In this document: positions 26,277 through 32,000 of the stretch, piece by piece
How positions within the stretch are numbered: the stretch's first letter is position 1
Layout of the letters: the number at the start of each line of letters is the position of its first letter
Origin: Pseudoalteromonas tetraodonis
Lineage (GTDB): Bacteria; Pseudomonadota; Gammaproteobacteria; Enterobacterales; Alteromonadaceae
DNA: 32,000 bases
Assembly: GCF_002310835.1 (NCBI RefSeq)
Contig: NZ_CP011041.1
Span: forward strand, 2,040,001 to 2,072,000
Direction of reading: 5' to 3'
Position numbers and translations under genes: made by a program
The notes under the pieces: generated by a model
What the model was told of the DNA's origin: nothing
Databases searched by the model: none
What the model saw: only the letters and a program-made list of their open reading frames with translations

Positions 26277-26972
26277 TTATTCAAATACCCACTGTAAACT
26301 CATACCATGATTGTTTAACCAGTTACTTGCTTGTTTATAATCTGAATAAAATAATCCCACACGTTGCCAAAATTGAGCGCTGTGATTTAAATATTTTAAA
26401 TGTGCTAATTCATGAACAATCACGTAGTCAATGACCCATGTCGGTGCACTTGCCAAGTGTAAGTTGAAGGTTAGTTCACGCCTGCGATTACAACTACCCC
26501 AGCGACGTTTATACAATTGAATATGAATATTACTCGGTAGCTTTTCACCCATCAGCTGACAATAATCGTTAACTCGCATTTCAATATAACTTTCTAATTT
26601 CTCATGCAAAAACTGCTCTAGCAAACTTTGATACATTTGCGTTTGATGCTTTACACGTGAAGAAATACTCAGTAACAGCGTTTGGCTTTCATTGTGCTGC
26701 TGCCATTGAGTGCGTGCTGCGTTATCAAATTGCACATTAACAGCTTCATTAAATAATTTAATACTCTGGGTTTTGAGTGGAAACTGTCGTGTATCGGCTT
26801 GAATTTGTTGCTTATGTAACTGAGCATCAATCCAGTCCTGTTTACTTAACAGCCATTCATTAATTTGTGTTTTCGTTACAAAATGGGGCGCATATACCGT
26901 AAGCTCACGTTTTGCGACTTTGATAGCCACTGTTTTTCTTCGCTTACTTCGCTTTAAAGTGTAATCCAACAA
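26277..26972 (-). CDS. ygjP: YgjP-like (DUF45/M48-type) metal-dependent hydrolase
   Basis: 231 aa. 'YTLKRSKRRKTVAIKV' is the typical N-terminus. 'RRWGSC' and the zinc motif 'VHELAHLKYLNHSAQFW' are hallmarks of the family. Confidence 0.8.
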   Translation of the reverse strand: MLDYTLKRSKRRKTVAIKVAKRELTVYAPHFVTKTQINEWLLSKQDWIDAQLHKQQIQADTRQFPLKTQSIKLFNEAVNVQFDNAARTQWQQHNESQTLLLSISSRVKHQTQMYQSLLEQFLHEKLESYIEMRVNDYCQLMGEKLPSNIHIQLYKRRWGSCNRRRELTFNLHLASAPTWVIDYVIVHELAHLKYLNHSAQFWQRVGLFYSDYKQASNWLNNHGMSLQWVFE

Positions 26973-27211
26973 TGAATGCTGCCTATTTATAATTAACCAC
27001 TGGGTTTTATTTTACCTTGTACCATAACGGCTGATCTATAAATAATCCCCACTAAATGCCATTTTAATAACAATGCATTTAGTGCTACTCAATAAATAGT
27101 ATGGTTTAGAGCTTAAAACACTTACGTTGCTTTTGTAATTTATAACTCAATACCTTGTGATTATTATTGTATTTTATATTAGACTGAATTTAAGAGTTAT
27201 TATGTGAATGA

Positions 27212-30200
27212 TTGATGTTAGCTAATTTTTTTATAAATGAACCAGATCCAAGCCTAATTATTAATGGTGTATACGACCCAAGTTTAGTGACACTATCTAT
27301 ACTCACCGCAATTTTTGCAGCTTATTTTTCTTTGCACGTTATCGATTTAGCAAATAATACACATTTTAAATCTTATCGAAAGTTAGCCAATATAACCGCA
27401 GCCTTAGTCCTTGCCGGAGGGGTCTGGAGCATGCACTTTATTGCTATGCTCGCATTTTCTTTGTGCACTACAATTGAATACGACCCCACACTCACTTTTG
27501 TGTCGTTTATACCGGCGTTACTGGCATGTACCATTGCTTTTTCTTGTTTGAAAACATATAGCTCTAACCCTCGTATTATCAATTTAATTCTAAGCTCTCT
27601 TTTATTTGGCGCGGGTGTTGGCACCATGCATTACAGCGGTATGGCCGCGATGCAATTAAGTCCTTTACTTCGTTATGATCCAATATGGTTTAGCGCTTCA
27701 ATTGTTGTTGCAGTGCTGCTGTCTTTTATAAGTCTCTATGCACGTTTTCATTTACCAGCACACTTTAAAAAATTAACGCCTGTGCATAATCGTATTATTT
27801 GCGCCCTTATTCTTGGCCTTGCCGTGGCTGGTATGCATTATATGGGCATGGCTGCTACGCGATTTATTGCAACAAGCCCGATAATTAACGAGCAAACAAA
27901 CCAATCACATCTAACCTTTATTGCTATTAGTGTGTCGTTCGCCACGCTTTTATTAACAGCGGTGGTTGTGATCATCAATGGCATGATCCGTTACAGAATG
28001 CTGTTAGGGAAAAAATCAGCTGAAGAGTCTCGCCTTGATGCTATTTTATCAACTGCCATTGACGGCATCGTTACTATCAATATTAAAGGCACTATTTTGA
28101 GCTTTAATAAAGCCGCAGAAACAATTTTTGGCTGGCAAGATAATGAGGTCATTGGCCAGAATGTAAAAATATTAATGGCTGATGATATTGCTAATCAACA
28201 CGATGCTTTTTTAAAAAATACAACAAACCATGAGGTAAAACGTGTTATTGGTGTTAATCGCGATGTGTGGGCAAAACATAAAAATGGTCATCAATTTCCA
28301 ATTCGCTTAGGGATTGGTGAAGTAAAGCAATTACAAACTGAAACATTGTTTGTAGGCTTTATTACCGATTTAACTGAGCAAAGAGCGTTACAACAAAGCT
28401 TAATTGAAAAAGAGCGACAATACCGTACCTTAATGAACAATATGCCCGGTGTGGTATTTCGCTGCTTGTTAGATGAACACTGGAGTATGTTGTTTATCAG
28501 CCCTAGCGTCTATGAACTAACGGGTTATCGCGCTGAAGAATTTACTGAGCAGCGTATTACCTTTGCCGAGCTTATTGTTAAAGAAGATGAAGCGGCGATT
28601 TCTTTAGCGATTGATCAAGCAGTTGCATCGACCAGTCAATACTCAATTGAGTACCGCATTCGCCATCGCAACGGCAATATTATTTGGGTACTCGATCAAG
28701 CAAGTATTATCACTAACTCTAAAGATGATACACGCTGGGTTGATGGCGTTTTAGTTGATATAACCAAGCGCCATGAATATGAGCAAAGCTTAAAGCAAGC
28801 TAAATACGAGGCTGAAGCAGCCGCGCAAGCTAAACAGTCTTTTATGGCAAATATGAGCCATGAGATACGTACCCCCATGAATGCAATTATTGGCTTTAGT
28901 GATATTTTAATGGATAGTCCGCTTAATAAAGAACAACAAAAACAAATTATTACCGTTAATAACGCTGCGCGTTCTTTATTGCATTTACTCAACGATATCC
29001 TTGACTCAGCAAAGCTAGAGAAAGGTAAACTCGAAATTCAAAAAGTACATTTTAACTTGCAAGAATTGCTCGATAATATTGTGTCGACATTTTGGCTTGA
29101 TGCAAAACGCAAAGACTTACAGCTCATTTTAAAAATAGCTGACAATGTAAATCCATTTTATTTTGGTGATGATACGCGTTTACGCCAAGTGCTAACCAAT
29201 TTAATCGGCAATGCGATAAAGTTTACTGAGCAAGGCCATGTTACTGTTTCGGTTACTCATAAACCCAATCAACCCATTTTATTTGAAGTACAAGATAGTG
29301 GTATAGGTATCGAAAAAGGTCGCCTTGAGGCTATTTTTAAACCCTTTGAGCAAGCAGATGGCACCACAACACGCCGATTTGGTGGCACAGGGCTTGGCAC
29401 AACAATTAGTAAGCAGCTGGTTGAATTAATGGGCGGCAAAATATATGCACAAAGTACCCTTGGTCAAGGTAGCTGTTTTTCCTTTACTGTTGGGCTTGAG
29501 CCAGGCGAAAAAAGTCAAGTGCAAGCCATTAGTAAAAACGCATTTAACTTACCCCCATTAAAAATCTTAGTGGTGGATGATATTGAACAAAATATCGAAC
29601 TACTCACTATTATGCTTTCCCAAGCAGGCCATCAGGTAAGTAAAGCAAATAATGGTTTTGAGGCCATTGACATGTTTAATCAGCATCGCTTTGATATTAT
29701 CCTAATGGATATTCATATGCCTAAATGTGATGGGATCAGTGCCACAGCATCAATTCGCTCTTTAGAGCAGCAAAAACAACTAAAGCACACGCCAATAATT
29801 GCCTTAACGGCCAGTGTGCTACAGCAAGATAAACTAACAGCCAAACAAGCGGGTATGAATGGTTTTACAACCAAACCCATTGACATAAACCAACTCAACC
29901 AAGAAATAGCACGGGTGCTTGGGCTTGCTATCAGCCAGTTAGTAACTAACGATCCAATAGATTCAAAACTTCGTATAGATTTTAGTAAAGGCGAAAAAAT
30001 GTGGGGCAGCAAAGAGAAACATCTCAAAGAGGCTGTACTCTTTTTAGCTCAGCATCAAAATAGTATGCAAACCTTGGCGGCCATTAAGCTAAACGATAAA
30101 CATCATGCTCATATTTTGCATAATTTAAAAGGTCTTGCCGGTAATTTAGCGCTCAATAATTTATCTTACTTAATTACGCAAGCTGAAAAACAACGTGATA

Positions 30201-30526
30201 TAGCCAGTTATACTCAGTGCATATTAAAATGTCAGCAAGAGTGGCAGCAGCTAGCAGATGAATTATCACACTTACACATTGCTTTTAAAGAGAATGAATT
30301 ACAAAAAGAAACCGTGTCAGATGCTGAATTTATTCACCAATTAACGCTTTTACTCAGCCAAGCTAAACGAGCAGAGTTGGATGATACGTTATTAAGTTAT
30401 ATTGTAAGAATAACACCCGAACAACACAAAGTTGCTATTTTAAATATTTATGAGCAGTTTAATGACTTTGAATTTGATAATGCACAAACACAGCTCAACG
30501 CATTATTAACAACACTCAATAACTAG
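27212..30526 (+). CDS. Hybrid sensor histidine kinase: MHYT (6-TM) - PAS - PAS - HisKA/HATPase - REC - Hpt
   Basis: 1104 aa; TTG at 27212 with ATG at 27215. Three MHYT motifs: 'SMHFIAM' (nt 27431), 'TMHYSGM' and 'GMHYMGM'. The H-box is 'MSHEIRTPMNAIIG' (His codon 28859-28861). N/G boxes are 'NLIGNAIKFT' and 'DSGIGI..GGTGLG'. The receiver is 'IILMDIHMPKCDG' (Asp codon 29708-29710). The Hpt motif is 'HNLKGLAGNL'. Confidence 0.88.
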   Translation: MMLANFFINEPDPSLIINGVYDPSLVTLSILTAIFAAYFSLHVIDLANNTHFKSYRKLANITAALVLAGGVWSMHFIAMLAFSLCTTIEYDPTLTFVSFIPALLACTIAFSCLKTYSSNPRIINLILSSLLFGAGVGTMHYSGMAAMQLSPLLRYDPIWFSASIVVAVLLSFISLYARFHLPAHFKKLTPVHNRIICALILGLAVAGMHYMGMAATRFIATSPIINEQTNQSHLTFIAISVSFATLLLTAVVVIINGMIRYRMLLGKKSAEESRLDAILSTAIDGIVTINIKGTILSFNKAAETIFGWQDNEVIGQNVKILMADDIANQHDAFLKNTTNHEVKRVIGVNRDVWAKHKNGHQFPIRLGIGEVKQLQTETLFVGFITDLTEQRALQQSLIEKERQYRTLMNNMPGVVFRCLLDEHWSMLFISPSVYELTGYRAEEFTEQRITFAELIVKEDEAAISLAIDQAVASTSQYSIEYRIRHRNGNIIWVLDQASIITNSKDDTRWVDGVLVDITKRHEYEQSLKQAKYEAEAAAQAKQSFMANMSHEIRTPMNAIIGFSDILMDSPLNKEQQKQIITVNNAARSLLHLLNDILDSAKLEKGKLEIQKVHFNLQELLDNIVSTFWLDAKRKDLQLILKIADNVNPFYFGDDTRLRQVLTNLIGNAIKFTEQGHVTVSVTHKPNQPILFEVQDSGIGIEKGRLEAIFKPFEQADGTTTRRFGGTGLGTTISKQLVELMGGKIYAQSTLGQGSCFSFTVGLEPGEKSQVQAISKNAFNLPPLKILVVDDIEQNIELLTIMLSQAGHQVSKANNGFEAIDMFNQHRFDIILMDIHMPKCDGISATASIRSLEQQKQLKHTPIIALTASVLQQDKLTAKQAGMNGFTTKPIDINQLNQEIARVLGLAISQLVTNDPIDSKLRIDFSKGEKMWGSKEKHLKEAVLFLAQHQNSMQTLAAIKLNDKHHAHILHNLKGLAGNLALNNLSYLITQAEKQRDIASYTQCILKCQQEWQQLADELSHLHIAFKENELQKETVSDAEFIHQLTLLLSQAKRAELDDTLLSYIVRITPEQHKVAILNIYEQFNDFEFDNAQTQLNALLTTLNN

Positions 30527-30543
30527 CTCTTCTGAGGATACCG

Positions 30544-31539
30544 ATGGATCAATCGATAAGTCAGGCGCGAATATTAATCGTCGATGATGAACCTGCAAAT
30601 TTAAAAGTAATGCGCGAGGTCTTAGCGAGTAACTACCGTTTATCGTTTGCTAAATCGGGGGCTGTGGCACTGCAATTAATAGAAAACGATCCGCCAAAAC
30701 TCATTTTACTTGATGTAATGATGCCAGATATGAATGGCTTTGAAGTGTGCAAAATTTTAAAAGCTAATCCTAAAACCGCACACATTCCGGTCATTTTTGT
30801 CACCGCCCTCACGCAAGAACAAGATGAATCGGAAGGGTTTTCGCTAGGTGCGGTTGACTATATAACCAAACCTATTAGCCCTGCGATTGTAAAGGCAAGG
30901 GTAAAAACTCATCTTTCTTTAGTACAAGCCGAGCAACTAAAACAAGCACATGTAGATTTAGTTGAGCGATTAGGTCGCGCGGCAGAGTATAAAGATACCG
31001 ATACGGGTGAGCATATTGCACGAATGAGCCAATACAGCAAAGTACTTGCTTTAGCGTTGGGAATGAACGAACAACACGCAGAATTATTACGCCAAGCTGC
31101 GCCAATGCACGATGTCGGAAAAATAGGTATTCCTGATTCGATACTGTTAAAACCTGGCAAATTAACCCCCGACGAATTTGCACACATGAAAGAGCATGCC
31201 GCTATAGGGGCTAAAATATTGGCTAACTCACCTTCCCCCTTACTGCAACTTGCCCATGTGTTGGCTATTGAACATCATGAAAAATGGGATGGCACAGGTT
31301 ATCCTAATGGGTTAAAAGGCGAGGAAATCTCCATTGAGGGGCGGATTGTAGCGATTGCTGATGTATTTGATGCACTTACATCAAAACGTCCTTATAAAGA
31401 GCCTTGGAGCATTGAGCAAACACTAGAGCATATGCAACAACAAGCAGGAAAACACTTTGACCCTCAGCTGGTTGATCTTTTTATTAGCAAAATAGACGCT
31501 ATTTTAGCGATAAAAAAGGCTCATCAAGAACGCGATTGA
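30544..31539 (+). CDS. Response regulator with HD-GYP c-di-GMP phosphodiesterase output (RpfG family)
   Basis: 331 aa. The REC domain has 'ILIVDDEP...LILLDVMMPDMNG...KP'. The HD-GYP domain has 'HIARMS', 'MHDVGKIGIPD' and 'HHEKWDGTGYP'. It starts 17 nt after the kinase stop, with GAGGA as RBS. Confidence 0.88.
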   Translation: MDQSISQARILIVDDEPANLKVMREVLASNYRLSFAKSGAVALQLIENDPPKLILLDVMMPDMNGFEVCKILKANPKTAHIPVIFVTALTQEQDESEGFSLGAVDYITKPISPAIVKARVKTHLSLVQAEQLKQAHVDLVERLGRAAEYKDTDTGEHIARMSQYSKVLALALGMNEQHAELLRQAAPMHDVGKIGIPDSILLKPGKLTPDEFAHMKEHAAIGAKILANSPSPLLQLAHVLAIEHHEKWDGTGYPNGLKGEEISIEGRIVAIADVFDALTSKRPYKEPWSIEQTLEHMQQQAGKHFDPQLVDLFISKIDAILAIKKAHQERD

Positions 31540-31586
31540 ATCGTCTCTTTTTTGAACAAATATTACTGCGCAAAGTTCAACAGGAC

Positions 31587-32000
31587 CTAGCCCCTTTTGG
31601 CATTGTGAGAGCCTAACGCTACAGCTGGAAAATGCTGTTTTATAATGCGGTAGTCATGGGAAGTGATCTCATGGCTATTGCCACTGTTATCTTTAAAATA
31701 CATAGAAAAAGTCACGCCATGATCAGCCAGTATCGTTTTAATTTCAAGCTGCTCAAAATGTGCTAACCACGCAATAAATTGCTCACCGGCTGCAGCAAAA
31801 GCGATTCCTTTACTTGTCCCTGGTGCCTCAAATAAAGCTAAACGTGTGGATGCGTTTTCATCTTCAAGCGTTAAAGGGCCTTTGCCTTTTTCATTCCAAA
31901 ATGCTAATTCCTCTACTACGGTAAAACCAAGCACCTTTTCATACCAATCAACGGCTTGGGTGAGGCTTTGAACATTTAAATGACAATGATCAATACCGCT
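31587..32000 (-). CDS. VOC/glyoxalase-family protein; 5' end runs out of the window
   Basis: The reading frame stays open upstream of the track's GTG at 31934, all the way to nt 32000 (SGIDHCHLNVQSLTQAVDWYEKVLGF...). This is the canonical VOC N-terminal beta-alpha-beta motif, so the true start is beyond the window. Confidence 0.7.
   Translation of the reverse strand, partial: SGIDHCHLNVQSLTQAVDWYEKVLGFTVVEELAFWNEKGKGPLTLEDENASTRLALFEAPGTSKGIAFAAAGEQFIAWLAHFEQLEIKTILADHGVTFSMYFKDNSGNSHEITSHDYRIIKQHFPAVALGSHNAKRG

Noticed and set aside
26138-26434. 98-aa plus-strand ORF in the six-frame track
   Set aside because: It reads straight through the second tRNA-Tyr gene (26167-26251) and into the antisense strand of the ygjP-like gene. 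It is a frame artefact.
26252-32000. Genomic island integrated at the tRNA-Tyr locus
   Set aside because: Within the window there is no integrase, no duplicated tRNA 3' segment and no obvious compositional break visible by eye. The downstream genes look like ordinary chromosomal signalling and housekeeping genes.

Overview
The window reads as an ordinary chromosomal core region of a marine gammaproteobacterium. The Pseudoalteromonas/Alteromonadales guess rests only on AT-leaning composition and remembered protein similarity. About 26 intact, densely packed genes lie on both strands. Metabolic and housekeeping genes include class I fumarate hydratase, leucine dehydrogenase, pabB-nudL-sdaA in the E. 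coli order, cysB, an AdeP/PurP-like NCS2 purine permease, Nif3/YbgI, ElyC, DedA, YchJ, a LexA-controlled sulA, and two identical tandem tRNA-Tyr genes. There are also several signalling and accessory-type genes: a periplasmic propeller-GGDEF diguanylate cyclase; an operon of an MHYT-PAS-PAS hybrid histidine kinase plus a REC-HD-GYP phosphodiesterase; a divergent TetR/HPP pair; a type-A CAT-like acetyltransferase; a secreted TolB-propeller amidohydrolase; and an MtfA-like peptidase. I found no CRISPR array, integrase, transposase, prophage, toxin-antitoxin pair, secretion cluster or recognisable defence island, so I cannot support a claim of a new multi-gene system here. Five items merit a second look. 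(1) The CAT-like gene has no Shine-Dalgarno sequence, and a strong leader hairpin abuts its ATG, with a 3-codon mini-ORF in the 5' arm (attenuation-like layout). (2) A roughly 205-bp element bounded by 19-bp inverted repeats starts at the sdaA stop codon (MITE-like or structured RNA). (3) The MHYT sensor to HD-GYP phosphorelay. (4) A double palindromic operator lies between the HPP and TetR genes. (5) A small K/A-rich histone-H1-like protein sits behind a near-consensus promoter. All protein family calls come from motif and similarity recognition by eye, not from database searches.
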